A DNA stretch of 64,000 nt from NCBI GenBank assembly GCA_964270895.1, contig OZ185446.1. The stretch is one strand, 5' to 3'. Origin of the DNA: Podarcis filfolensis (Eukaryota). A program made the translations under genes and the position numbers. Below are positions 1 through 12,039 of the stretch, piece after piece; positions within the stretch are counted from its first letter, which is position 1, and each line of letters begins with the position of its first letter. The notes under the pieces are model-generated. The model saw only the letters and a list, made by a program, of their open reading frames with translations. It had not been told where the DNA came from and ran no database searches.

Positions 1-1739
1 GTACCAGGGAAGACAGGGCTCTGAAATTAAGAGTCCTGATGTTGTGTCCTCACTCCTTGCCGCTATGGAAACATCTAATGACTTCGCCCAACTGCAAAGA
101 ACTCCAACGCTGGTAGGGCTACAGGGCTGATCTAAAACTATTCAATTCGCCTCCCATGGTTCACAAATAGGAAATAACCTGTTAAAAAGGGGGGGGGGGC
201 ATTAGAAGAATGAAGGCCTGCAAGAGCACTCCGCTGAACTCACTCCTGTCCCAGCGCAAGAGCAGGAGGGCTTTTGGTGGGCAGCTAAACTGCCCTCTCC
301 CAACAGCCTTGGCATTTTATTTTCTATAGAGTGGAGGCTTGCCCTCTAGGGATACTGGGGCACAGTTCTTCCAAGGAGAATGTCAAGCAATTAAAAATAT
401 AAACCCCACCAAATCTCAAAGCCACTCACTCTACCCTGCCCTCCCCCATGTTTTATACCTCTATTTGAACTCAGAGAAGCACTGCAGCATGTCTGTCAAT
501 CTACTGCTCATGTCTCTGCAGCACTCAGCCAAAAGCAGAGCTATGGCAAACAGTTGCCTCCCGTGTGTCTCTAAGCAGAAAAAGCATGTGCTTGTTCAGA
601 CTGCCTGAAATTCAGCCTTATGTGGAAGGTTTCAGTTCCATCTCTTGCTGTTTGGATTAACCAACAGCCACAGTATAAGCCTAGTTGGGCTGCCTGAAGA
701 GTGGTCTGGAGATGCTCAGAGATGTTTCCTAAGGCCATGCCCACACTTCAGAGCACATTCTTTGCAGCTAGTCAGGTGAAGGGTGTGGTTGCTAGTTTAA
801 CAAGCTTGCCTTTTGTTTCATTTATATTTGTTAAACACAGCAGTGGCGGAGAGATAGTGTGATTATCTTTCTATACTATCTATTTTTTGCTTAATCATTT
901 GCAGTTATTTTTGTGAATGGGGAGGATTGGGAGAAGACATGGTGCTTGGCTTCTATGTGTGTTGAAACTTTCACCACATGTGTTATTGGAAAGATGGGTT
1001 TCTCTCACAGAACTGTAATCTCCAGAGTGGTTCAACAATCAACCCCTCCTTGCAGGGAACTCCAGAAATTGTTTTGCTCTGTGGAAAATGGGGATCTCCA
1101 AACAACCCTCCACACACACACACACACACAAAACACGTCCCAGGATTCTTTGGGGAAAGTTGTTCAAGTTGGTATGATACTGCTTTAAATGTACAGTGCA
1201 GATTGGGGCCTCAATTTCAACTTTGATTCAGTACTAAAAGAAAACTCCTCACATGTTGATATTATACCAAGGACACTGAGCCATCTAGTAGGCAGAAGTA
1301 GAGTTTGAATTTTCATCTCTGACCAGTGCAACGCAAGTAAGAAAGAGAGAATATTCAGAGATTGCATCATTTATACAGCAAATGCAGACAGAGTTTGAAA
1401 AGCCATCTGAACAGGATCTAAATGAGTGTCCATTAAATGGATGGTCAAGAAAGAACACTCTGTCAACATGAGATAGTGAAAGGGTCAACTAATTTTCTCT
1501 TTCTAGACTAACCTTGGCAATAACATAATAGACTTTATTTTGCTTTTGAGTAAAGATAAAAGGAGAACTGCTAAATGGAAAACTGACCACAGCTCTTCCC
1601 AACCCCAGGGCTGTCTTCCATTTTGCATGATATTTTGGTTTATGAAACTTGGAGCATCCTAAAAAGTATGTAGATTTGGGGACACACAGCTGTCTGCTTT
1701 GATCTGTACATGGTCTATGGCCATTCAAAACACAGAGAA

Positions 1740-1742
<3 letters not shown>

Positions 1743-1794
<52 letters not shown>
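1743..1794. repeat. (GA)n microsatellite
   Basis: Uninterrupted GA dinucleotide run; explains the RERE/SLSL ORFs at 1699-2033. Confidence 0.98.
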
Positions 1795-1798
<4 letters not shown>

Positions 1799-2668
1799 TG
1801 TTTCCTGCTTCATCTGCAGGAAGAAACATACATACCCAAGCACAGTTCTGGCCATTCTTTCTTCCCTTTCTTCTTCCTCTCTGGTATCTGCATTGTGTAG
1901 AAAATGGAGGACCGGAATACATTTGTCTTTGCATTTGCAGTGCACACTTTAAAAAAAAGTAGCAGCTGCTGTGTGTGGAAAGGGTGCTGGTAATAATTGA
2001 GACTGCAGCAGTCAAAGAGGGAAGTTTAAACATACCTCCCCTGCTATGGCCCTGATAAAGATTCTTTCTCTGAAGCTGTCATTTGTATGGTCGAGGAGTT
2101 CTCAGTACAAATAGCAACTGCAAAAGTGTGAATTCATTAAGCCCATCCTAGCAGAGAAAATATGCCCCTTCTCTACCTGCTGCAATCCTGATGCTCATCA
2201 GACCCCACAGCAGCCACTATTTGCTTTTTAAAGAATGCATGTTAAATGCAAAGGCTCATTTACTATCAAATCTATTTGGAGCTTTAGGTTGTAAAATCTT
2301 GTCTTCTTATTTTATGTTACTTTGTAAAATGCCATGTACATTGATGGCATAATTAACTATTGCTATGCTAATCTTATTCTGAATTTTATTCTGTCCAGTC
2401 CAGTTTGTCCAGTCTAGATTAGCGGGCTAGTTTTGAATAAGGCAACTAAATTATTTCTTTATTTCAAAAAAAATATAAACCACTTGATTGTAAAAAAAGA
2501 TAAAACAATAAAATTGAGAAAAATTCACAACCATCCTTTAAAACATACAAAAGTTAACAAATTAAAATTACATTGAAACAATACATGTTTCAAACCAGAA
2601 CTGGCATTTGGAAGATTGCATAAATTATAGGAAAAATTTATTTTTATTGCTTTATTATATATCTAGCT

Positions 2669-3082
2669 GGGGATGGAGGAGAAATATAAGCGAACTAACT
2701 TAATTTGTACTTTCTGAAATAATTCACAGACCAAAACACATCTATCCTTCAATATTCACTCTTCTCTGAATTTTGCAGTTCTCTAGCCAAAGAATAGTTT
2801 CAATAAAAGCATGAAAAAGCTTAAAGCATGCATAAATATGCATATATAGTGAAAATAATATACAAAATGCATTATATTTTGGGAAATGGCTTTGCAAAAA
2901 TGTTGCTATTAGGCAAAATTACATACAAAAATGTGCATTGTAGCAGAAAGTACAGTACTGATGAATTTCCATGAGGACTTTTTAAAAAATGCAAACAGAT
3001 GTGGAAATGTGTAGAACTGAATTTAATACTGGAAAAATGAGCAGCTGAGATAAACAAAAATGAACAAATTTGGCCCTCCCTA
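2669..3082. mobile_element. Degenerate TIR-bearing non-autonomous DNA-transposon-like repeat (lizard family), copy 1
   Basis: Begins GGGGATGGAGGAGAAAT and ends CCCTCCCTA (inverted ends). The AT-rich body with repeated AAAATGCAT motifs recurs in reverse at ~53635-54032 and partially at ~40600-40720. Confidence 0.6.
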
Positions 3083-3202
3083 TATTCTGCCCTCGCAGTG
3101 CAATGTGCACAGTGAGAGATGAAATGGTGCTCTGTCTGGTTTCAAAGGGTTTCCCACCACCCACCGTGCCAGCCACCAGGAAGTGATATGAACATTCCTC
3201 AG

Positions 3203-3308
3203 GAAGCAGGGATACTTTTGTGCAGACAGAGGACACACAGTTGTGTCTAGATTTCTGCGACGTCATAAGAACCCAGTGGATGATTTGGGAAGGCATGTGA
3301 TCTGGAAG
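3203..3308 (+). CDS. Candidate internal exon, unidentified (KQGYFCADRGHTVVSRFLRRHKNPVDDLGRHVIWK)
   Basis: ttcctcag acceptor, AAG|gtaata donor, one open frame; protein not recognised. Confidence 0.15.
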
Positions 3309-3957
3309 GTAATAACCAGCCCGTGTCACCTCAGGCTTTGACTCATTCCCAGTTCTTCTAACCGCCCCCACTGGCCAATTTTTTGGTGGTTATATAATTG
3401 AGACATATCTCATGATTACTGTAATTGCTTCAAAAAGTCACCCATCCACACCACGCTGGAAGGGTGAAGATTGAAAACAGGATACGGACATTCAATGCTC
3501 TGTGAAAGTCGAAAAACCGAACTGGATAATCCTAGTAGTCTTTTGTAGTCTTGGCATCCACAAATCTCTGTTATTAAAACAGTATTACTGCTAAGGAAGC
3601 AAAATAAGACGGCGTTAGAGGAGGTGAGAAATGCAAGCTGCTCCTGCCTCAGTTCCCAGAGCCTATTAGCTTTAAAGTATTTGCTGGAAATCATGAAGAC
3701 TGTGTGGTGTTTCTACCCATCAGCATTTCCTCTCCGTTGGGTTTTTGGCAGCACAACTAACATTTTGTTTTAATTCAACTCCAAAACATGTTCAGGTTTA
3801 AAAGTTCCCTGGAATAATAAAAGTCGCACCGGACTTCGCTGGGCATGATCTCGCTAAAGTGAAGCCCTTGTGCCAAGTTCAGTGGGAAAGCTTTTCATGA
3901 CATGCTTTGCTTCACACCACACCTACCACATGGCGATGTCCGTATTTCACTAGTTTG

Positions 3958-4485
3958 TTTGTTTTTTATAAATATTTATTAGGTTTTCCAATTTTATACA
4001 AACACAAAAAGAAAAAGAAAAAGAAAAATATTAAAAACAAATCAGTTTCAATAACAATTTTTCAGTAACATGTTTCTTTGACTTCCTCATACCTCCCCTT
4101 CTTGTTTTCTAGTTCAAATTGTTAATCCAGCAAATCCTAATTTCTTAACATTCCTTTTAACTAATGTTAATATTTTCCAATCAACTTTTTGAAATTTTAT
4201 AACTTAAACAATTTTAATCCCAGTTATCTTTATCATAACAGCTAGAGACCACATAAGTTCAATCCAGCATCTTTTCAAAGTTCATTAATTTTATAGTATT
4301 TCTGTAAATAGTCCTTGAATTTCTTCCAATCTTCTTCTGCCGACTCTTCTCCCTGGTCGCGGATTCTGCCGGTCATTTCTGCCAGACCCATACAGTCAAT
4401 CAACTTCATCTGCCATTCTTCCAGAGTGGGTAGATCTTGAGTCTTCCAGTGCTTTGCTATAAGTATTCTTGCTGCCGTTGTAGCA
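3958..4485 (-). mobile_element. L1 LINE, 5'-truncated 3' end (ORF2 C-terminus, 3'UTR, A-rich tail)
   Basis: ORF 4275-4523 (ATTAARILIAKHWK...EEWQMKL...DWKKFKDYL) resembles a vertebrate L1 ORF2 C-terminus. Perfect 17-bp TSD CGTATTTCACTAGTTTG at 3941-3957 and 4486-4502. Confidence 0.85.
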
Positions 4486-4954
4486 CGTATTTCACTAGTT
4501 TGAAAGCATCTTGTTCTAACCAAGCAGCAGTGGAAAATATTGATTTAAAGCTTTTAAAATACTCATGGATATATATATTCTAGAGCCAGTTTTCATTTAG
4601 AAGGGCAGAGCTCTTAATGTTAGTCATCTCACCTAATTCCAACACCAATTAGGCACACTAGGGAAGAACAGCGATTTTTCTTTTGTACCTGTTCAGTGGA
4701 AAGAATGTCATGCATTCAAACTCTGCCTTTTGCAAAGCCACCTGACTCTGTGTATGTTGACAGATGCTGAACGGATTCCCAGAACTAATCTAACATGAAA
4801 CTACTAACATACTTTTGTCCAAATGAACATTTTACAACCTGCAATTGTTACAAGATGTACGGACAGCCATTTGCTTAGCTAGCTTAACAAAAACGTTTAT
4901 TCCAAATCGTAGGCCCACAGCAGGCATTCAATATTTGCTTGCTTAGCAAGCAAA

Positions 4955-4956
4955 GT

Positions 4957-5011
<55 letters not shown>
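4955..5011. repeat. Compound (GT)n(GA)n microsatellite
   Basis: Direct reading of the sequence. Confidence 0.98.
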
Positions 5012-5014
<3 letters not shown>

Positions 5015-5121
5015 ATGTTATCTCTGTTCCCTTGTCAGTGTTTCGATCCCCCTTCATGAGGGTGACTTGTCTGAAGCAGAGAGCCACCTGTACTCAGGGA
5101 GGCCCCCTATACATCTACAAA

Positions 5122-5359
5122 CTACAAGAAAGAAGATTCCACCTAAACATTAGGAAGAACTTCCTGACAGTAAGAGCTGTTCGACAGTGGAATTTGCTGC
5201 CAAGGAGTGTGGTGGAGTCTCCTTCTTTGGAGGTCTTTAAGCAGAGGCTTGACAACCATATGTCAGGAGTGCTCTGATGGTGTTTCCTGCTTGGCAGGGG
5301 GTTGGACTCGATGGCCCTTGTGGTCTCTTCCAACTCTATGATTCTATGATTCTATTCTA
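5122..5359 (+). mobile_element. CR1 LINE 3' end
   Basis: Translates [45 protein letters not shown] (CR1 ORF2 C-terminus), followed by the CR1 3'UTR and an (ATTCTATG)n tail. Confidence 0.92.
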
Positions 5360-5569
5360 CATCGCAGAACCCTGTTTTTCCAGAGCTTTAAAACATGTGG
5401 GGAGTGTCTATGAGTCTATGTGACTCCTTGCTTCAGAAGATTGCCCACTAATGCATTTGGATTTTATTGAAACAAAAGGAAAAAAGGTAACATGGCAGGG
5501 AGGGGGTGGAATTTGTATGCTTTCCCCCTGAGCCTGAGGGAGGCTATATTTATTTTATTTAGTTAGCTT

Positions 5570-5735
5570 TACATTTATATCCCACCTTTTGTCCAATGAG
5601 CTCAAGGCAGGCATACATGGTTCTCATCCTCTCCATTTCATCCTCACAACAACCTTGTGGGGGAGGTTCATGGCTGAGTGGGAACTGAACTTGGGTCACC
5701 CAGGTCTTAGCCCAACCCCCTAATTACTGCACAAG
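5570..5735 (-). mobile_element. tRNA-derived squamate SINE (MIR-like/Squam3-like), degenerate
   Basis: ATCCTCACAACAACC(C)TGTG core motif and reverse B-box-like GAACTTGGGTC; sister copy at 50112-50338. Confidence 0.7.
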
Positions 5736-7446
5736 CATTTACTTTACAGAAGATAGCCATATACCTATAAATACAAGATGTTAGGGAGAAACAGGAAAAT
5801 GCCATCTTCATGTGCAGTTTGTCAGTTTTCTGAGTCACCCAGCTGCACTGGAGTGACCTTTCTCTGATCCAGCAGCAGTTGTGCTCTTAAAGTTCCAAGC
5901 TGAATATATTTCTGTCATATCATATTAGATTTTTAAATAAATAAAAAAGCCATTTTCTTCTTCCTGTGGTTCTCCAAAAGCCTGAATCCAAGTATATTAC
6001 GGAGATTAAGTCAGGCCTTCTTATTTGGACAAGCATTTGGGCAATGGTGCTTTAGCACTCTACTTTAGTATTTGGATTTTATTAAGTTGTTGTCTACCCT
6101 GGATTGCTGTGTTACGACTGAAAACCCCTCTCTAATCTGAGCATTGTTAAAGAATGGGGAGGGAATTGCTTGGGCATGGCGTGTTCCATTTTCAGACTTC
6201 CATTTTTCGCTGCCTCTGCAAATGTCCATGCCCCCCCAGCTGCTTACTATTCCCACAGCCCCAATATCCTATCCCATCACTTCGTCTGTGTATGAGCGTT
6301 AGAAGGAAACAAATTAAAAATTAGATTTGGCTTCAAACACCAGCTTTCTATGCATTGTGGGAGCAAGTGAATGAGGCCGAGGCATCCTCATTTATATTTA
6401 CTTCCACGACACACAAAAAGTGTCAAGGGCTTGTCCTCTGTTTGTCATCACTCAAACCATGGGAAGCAATTCAGGCATTCTGGTGTCTACAAGAAGCAAT
6501 GACAAAAGCTTGGGGTCAACAAAATGAAAAACTGGGTCCTCAGCAGGTAATTTGTTTTCTTTCCAGATTACACAGTGTTGCTGTTCTGTTCCCTGCTACA
6601 ATCCAATAGCACCTTTCATTGTTTTCTGCCCAGTAGTTGCATCTGCAGAGAATTTGATGTGGTGGATGTTTGCCGTCAAGCCACAAGGAGACTTTAATTT
6701 GCTGCTTCTGTCATTTCAGCATCAGCAGCTGTGGCACTGAGTCTATTTTGAATGCCCGCAACTATCACCACCAATTACTTGTGTGATTAGATCAGCCTTA
6801 GAGTAGATACCCTGGGAGTACTTCACTGTCAGTTGAAATGTTTCACAGATTCCTGAATTTCATGAATACTTGCTTGCTAGCCCCTTCAATCCCACCTTCT
6901 TAATTGTAGTAGCTCTGAACCAGTAGACATAAATCATTTTCTACAGATGCTGTACCTTTTCCACCCCCAGCAGCTGTCGTAGTGCATTAGGCAATATCCT
7001 ACACTACGGAAAGGAAAGGGAGAGCTTGGGTGTGACAAACCTCCTCAAACAGATTTATTATGTTGCTTGGCCGATGGGCCAATTCATCTTTCAACACAGG
7101 GTGTACAAAATGTCCTGCTAACCCAAACGAACAGCCCTTGAGCAAAATGTGAAGAAAGTAGTCATAATATACACACCAGGAAACTCTGATGTTGTATATT
7201 CAGCTGGGCTAACCTGCTTTCTTAGAAGCAGGGCATTGTTAAGAGTCCACCTTTAGAAAAACAGCATGTAACAGTGGGGGGGGGGGGACGGACACGTCAA
7301 CAAAACCATCCAATGTTTCAAAACATGGAATCAGGATCTACCACTTTTGAGCTCTAAAACATTGTGGCCCTGCCAATGTTTTGGACCACACCTCCCATCA
7401 TCCCTGGCAATTGAGTATGCTCAAGTTGGAGTCCAACAGCATCTGA

Positions 7447-8035
7447 TATCATGGACACATGATATCATGGATGCTGAGGAGTGGTGGAAGGCACCAGTTG
7501 GGGAACCCTCAAAAGAAAAAGGCTCAGACCCAGGGGATTGGTGGTGGGACGACAATGAAAAGAGGGAGCAGACTGGGGGGCCCGAGGAGGTGTCGGAAAC
7601 AGAAGAGGTAACAGGGTTTGGTGAGCAGGAACAGGCTGTGGAAGAGAGCAGTTCAGAAGCAGAGACAGAAGCAGAGGCTGGAGAGGAGGAAGGCCAAGAG
7701 GCAGAGTTGAGGCAGGCTGCTGAAGAAGCCAGGGAGTCTCTTCCTCCTGCTGTGACCAGCTTCTTCCTCCCTCCCTGGTCTCCTAGAACACAGAGAGAAA
7801 TGAAAAGAGCAGAGCAGAGATTGGTTGTGCGCAGACGTAATTTGCAACAGCTTGGGAAAGACCCTGGAGAGGAGGGGCCTTAGAGAGTGGTGGGAAGGTG
7901 GGGACAACTGCCTCATTGGAAGAAGGCCTACGGGGAAGAGTTGCTGGAATCACTAGGCCTGTGCTGTTTTGGTTTCTTTGAAGAAAGAGCTGACTTCACT
8001 GACACCATGTTGTTATTGTTGACCTATGCCTGACA
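7447..8035 (+). mobile_element. Probable solo LTR of a lizard LTR-retrotransposon family (purine-rich)
   Basis: ~590 bp ending ...CCTGACA, with a degenerate polyA signal near the end (GAAGAAAGAGCTGACTTC). I recall this as a recurrent lacertid interspersed repeat. Ends are approximate and the TSD is unclear. Confidence 0.55.
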
Positions 8036-8765
8036 CGTCTTAGCCATTCCTGACTTAAGACATGAGCTTGCTTAGCTCCTCCATGGTTGCTCCTTGAGCC
8101 TAACAAGTGCCTCACCACTCTCCTTAGCAGCCACCACACTGTTCAGTTTTCCTCATTATTGTGCTGTATTACCGTAATCCATGCTAATTTCCTCCACTTG
8201 CTTTAATACTCAGTCACCTTGGTGAGTCAGAATCCAGCTATAAAGATGCACTGAAAAAGGGATGCATTGCCCATTCTCATTCCCACCCCCCAATCCTGGC
8301 TGTGAGTATAAAAGGACAATTAAAATGTGTTAACAGATGAACAATAACATTTTCATTCATTTTACACAGATTAAAGGGAAAGAATGGATGAATAAAGTTT
8401 TATTGTTTAGGATGTCAAACCATAACAAACAAACATAATGCAAGAATGAATAAACAATGCAAGTTAAAAAGAGCTAAAAATGCAGCACAGAGAAGGCTAT
8501 AATTGAGGAATGTGCCCCTTTATTTCCATGGCATTTTCTATCGTTCCCTGTCGTGTTGGATATCTATGGGAAATCTGTGAGCACCTTGGACATTCAAAGT
8601 GTTTCTGATGAGCTTTTACCCATGCATGCCCCCCCCTCAAATCTCCCCTTGCTTGTGCAGCGCTGTGACTTCTAGCCACCAATCCAGGGAAGTCCAGCGC
8701 TGTGTGTAGATGAAGGCTGCAAAGAGGGAGGAGTGAAGCTGGCAATCTCTCCTGGGAGGGTTTAC

Positions 8766-8829
8766 CTCCGCGGTGAAGGGGCTGTTCTCGTTCGCTGCAT
8801 CAAACTTGTCAGTTTCATGACTTTCCCAT
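8766..8829 (-). CDS. Candidate 64-nt internal exon (RWESHETDKFDAANENSPFTAE, or DGKVMKLTSLMQRTRTAPSPR)
   Basis: acttgcag acceptor, GAG|gtaaac donor, locally retained CpGs, two open frames; protein not recognised. Confidence 0.25.
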
Positions 8830-10033
8830 CTGCAAGTTGCTGTATATTCAACACATCTATTCACCGCACCCCAAGCAACATGACCTGAGGTTTGCACATC
8901 CAGTCACAAATCACACCCAGAAATTAAATTGAATAGAATTAGGCATAAGGGGACTCTGGAACACCCTTCTGTTCCAGTGGAACTACACACTAGAAATTGA
9001 ATTTTACAATTCTGGTATATAAGTTGAAGCAGCAACAACGGCAATCATGGTAAGAAATCCTCTAGACTGTGTAAATACCGCAGTCCTGCAAATGATAAAA
9101 ACTGTCTCTATCAGTAAATTGATTCCCCCCCGACATTCAGAATAAGTCATCCTATAGCATAAGTCTGTGGCTGGCATTAGGTCACACTCGGGCAGCCCAT
9201 TCTTGCTCCCAACCAGTTGCCTCAGGGCCTAAATAGGTTAGGCAGGAAGTTGATTCATAATGACTCCTACTCACCTGCAAGCCTGTTGTGCATTGAAAAC
9301 AAATACAAATACAAAAAAAACCACAAGCACTTTCCTCCAATCCTGTGTTTCTTTTTACCACAAGTACCCTAGACAGACTTGTGCTTCCAGTCCTGCTCTT
9401 GACCTGATTTCTAATTTGTGAGTCCTAATGCTGAAAGAATCATTTGCTGTCTCTCTGGCACGGATCCTGTTTGGTTTATGATTATGGTTGAAATCTGACC
9501 CTGATCAGCTTTCCGTGCGTGAAGTGGGCCCAAGCTTCTGGAACTCCTTTCCAGCTGAGATTAGACAGGCCGCCTCCTTGCTAAACCTCAGGACCATGAT
9601 GAAAACTTCCGTGTTCCAGCAGGCATTTGAAGATAGTGTTCCGTGTTAGGATGGTTTTTCGTTTTCTGTGGATTGTTTTTCATGTACACTGCAGAGAAGT
9701 GTGAATAAATAAGGGGCATATAAATATTTATACAAAATATATAGAGGAAGTGCTCTGTCCATAGTTGCAAGCCCATGTGGGTATGAGACAAACTAGATAA
9801 AACACTGGAGATGTTTGTTAGAATCATGCACCATCTCTTTTAATTAGTTTGGTGTAGTGTTACATCCAGCGCTCAAGTTCATGGTTTGCCCCACTCCAAC
9901 CAAATCACAAGCTGTAACCAAGGTTGGTTGGAGGCTCATGCTTAGCTCATGAGTAATGCTCATGGTTGGTTTGGGGAGAAAGAAACCACATACTCGAGTT
10001 CTGATGTAATGCTATTAGACTGGCCACTCAGGG

Positions 10034-10062
10034 TTGGTAAAAGGTAAAGGTAAAAGGTAAAA
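10034..10062 (-). repeat. (GGTAAA)n run, isolated Sauria-SINE-type tail
   Basis: Same motif as the TTTACC tails of the Sauria SINEs at 19320 and 46273. Confidence 0.5.
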
Positions 10063-10134
10063 GATCAAGGTTGGTGGCATACTAAGTTTATAGTGTATAA
10101 AACAAACATGTTGCAAGAATGCAATCAAGAGGAA

Positions 10135-10265
10135 GACTATACTAGTCTATATTATATCTACTCAATAGACTATACTATAGTCTATTGTCTATACTACTAT
10201 AGTCTATACTACTCAATAGACTATACAATAGACTATACTAGTCTATATTATATCTACTTAATAGC
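10135..10265. repeat. Cryptic AT-rich minisatellite built from CTATA/TAGAC/ACTAGT modules
   Basis: ACTATACTAGTCTATATTATATCTACT(C/T)AATAG occurs twice, with shuffled sub-modules between the copies. Confidence 0.8.
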
Positions 10266-10530
10266 ACCCGAAATTAAATAAATTGTCATTTCAATATAAG
10301 CCTTTTTAAAAAAGGGGGTTTTAAAGCATATTTTCAGATATTTATAGGAAGACTAGTATTGCAATCCTAGACAAGGATGGTGCAGGAAAAACAGGTGTAC
10401 AGTTAGACAGTAAACTGACAATCTAATTTTTTAATTGGAAAAGCACATTGATGGTTCCACTGGGTGACTGGCTGCCAGAAAAGCATTTAATAATACCTTC
10501 AACTCCCTCAGCCTTCATTACTATGATTAT

Positions 10531-10669
10531 TAAGAACTTAATTCATTCTGGAGGTCCGTTCTTAACCTGAAACAAAGTTCTTAACCCGAGGTACTATTTC
10601 TGGGTTAGCGGAGTCTGTAAGCTGAAGCATCTGTAACCTGAAGCGTCTGCAACCCAAGGTACCACTGTA
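10531..10669 (+). mobile_element. Tigger-like MITE, truncated and internally deleted copy
   Basis: Matches the ~240-bp MITE family; right TIR ...GGTACCACTG+TA is present, the left TIR and the GC core are missing. Confidence 0.85.
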
Positions 10670-12039
10670 TAGGATTGTGGCCTCAAGGTTTTGTGTTATC
10701 ACACAAAATACAAGATGGCAGATAGAAGAATATAAGAATACATAGTCCCTGCACACCCACAAAAAGGATATGACTTCAGGGAGGCTCACATGAAGCTCCT
10801 AATGTGTTCAATGAATTTGCAGGGGGGTGGTGGTGAGGACATAGCTAGCCACCTCCATCCTGACACTAAAAGATTTGAAATGGTCAGAACAGCTCTTTTG
10901 TGTTGAAACGTAAGATGTTGCAGTGTGTTGCACAAATCCTGCATAAAATGGAGGAAAGGATAGGGTAACTTTAAAATGTGCCCCCCCCCCAAGTGATCTT
11001 GCCACTTGGTTACATGACTCTATTAAAACATCTTTTCTGAAGTACTTAAATGCAGCAAGACAAAGGTATTCTCTAAGCACATGCATATCTCTGGCAGGCA
11101 ACAATTTATATCCTAACATCTTGTAGAAATCCCTTGAGGCCGGCCTTGGCTCATACTCGTAATTTCTCCACTTATTGCATACAGGGAACTGCCCCATTAG
11201 TACTTAAGATTTTCACTCAAATAAACTTCACTATCACAGTACTTGTCAGGAGATATTTGTTTCTCCGAGGCCAGTTATTGTGTAGTTTAGAATATAGACT
11301 AATTTCCTCCGTCCTGATCTCTGATCTGGTTCCAAGAAACTAGTGCAGCTACATGCCAACCTCTCCAGACAATGCAGTGTCTCCAGGCTCTCAATGAGAT
11401 CTGACTTCATTTCAGCTTGATTTAAATCTTTCCCTCCAACTTCAGGGTCAGTGCACCTGTCAGACCTATTTGGACAAACATAGACCCAAATTCTTCTTGA
11501 AGCAAACCTGGGCAGACTTGTGGTCTTCCATCCTGGGAGGTAATTAAAAAGGTAGGTGCTTAGGTAATTGCAGGTCTTTTCAACTTTAGTATGAATGGAT
11601 GGTTTTTCAAATAAACTTTAATATGATGGCTGCATCTAGCAGAGTTGGTCAATGTACACAGCAGGTCTTTCCTGTTTTTAACGGTCAGCAGCAGAAGCCT
11701 CGTGGGTGTGAAGGGCTTAAACCTGCACAACTTGAGACCCATCAAGCTGAAAAAGCCCTATAACTGTGTTTTGGGACCTGCCAGAAATTTGTGTTTCAAG
11801 CAATCTGCAAAGACGGGTTTGTTGGACACATTTGCCTTGCGGGATCAGCCCGTTCCTTAGCCCTTCCCTGGAGCTTCAAGACTACGGTCTATATAATGGA
11901 GACCTTATCATCTCTATGCTAAACACATTAGCCACATTGTGCTGATGAGATCAGAGCTATCAATGAAGAAATTTGCTCCTGGTCAGGCAATTTGAAATTG
12001 GATGTGGGAGCAAAGAGAGATGTCTAGGTACATCTACAC

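Noticed and set aside
1699-2033. ORFs with RERE/SLSL runs (also 4884-5277 and 34187-34854)
   Set aside because: Translations of microsatellites, plus a CR1 tail in one case.
10808-11197. 129-aa minus-strand ORF with RDFYKMLG, superficially like a DnaJ N-terminus
   Set aside because: No HPD motif or J-domain spacing, weak splice sites, and an equally plausible frame on the opposite strand.
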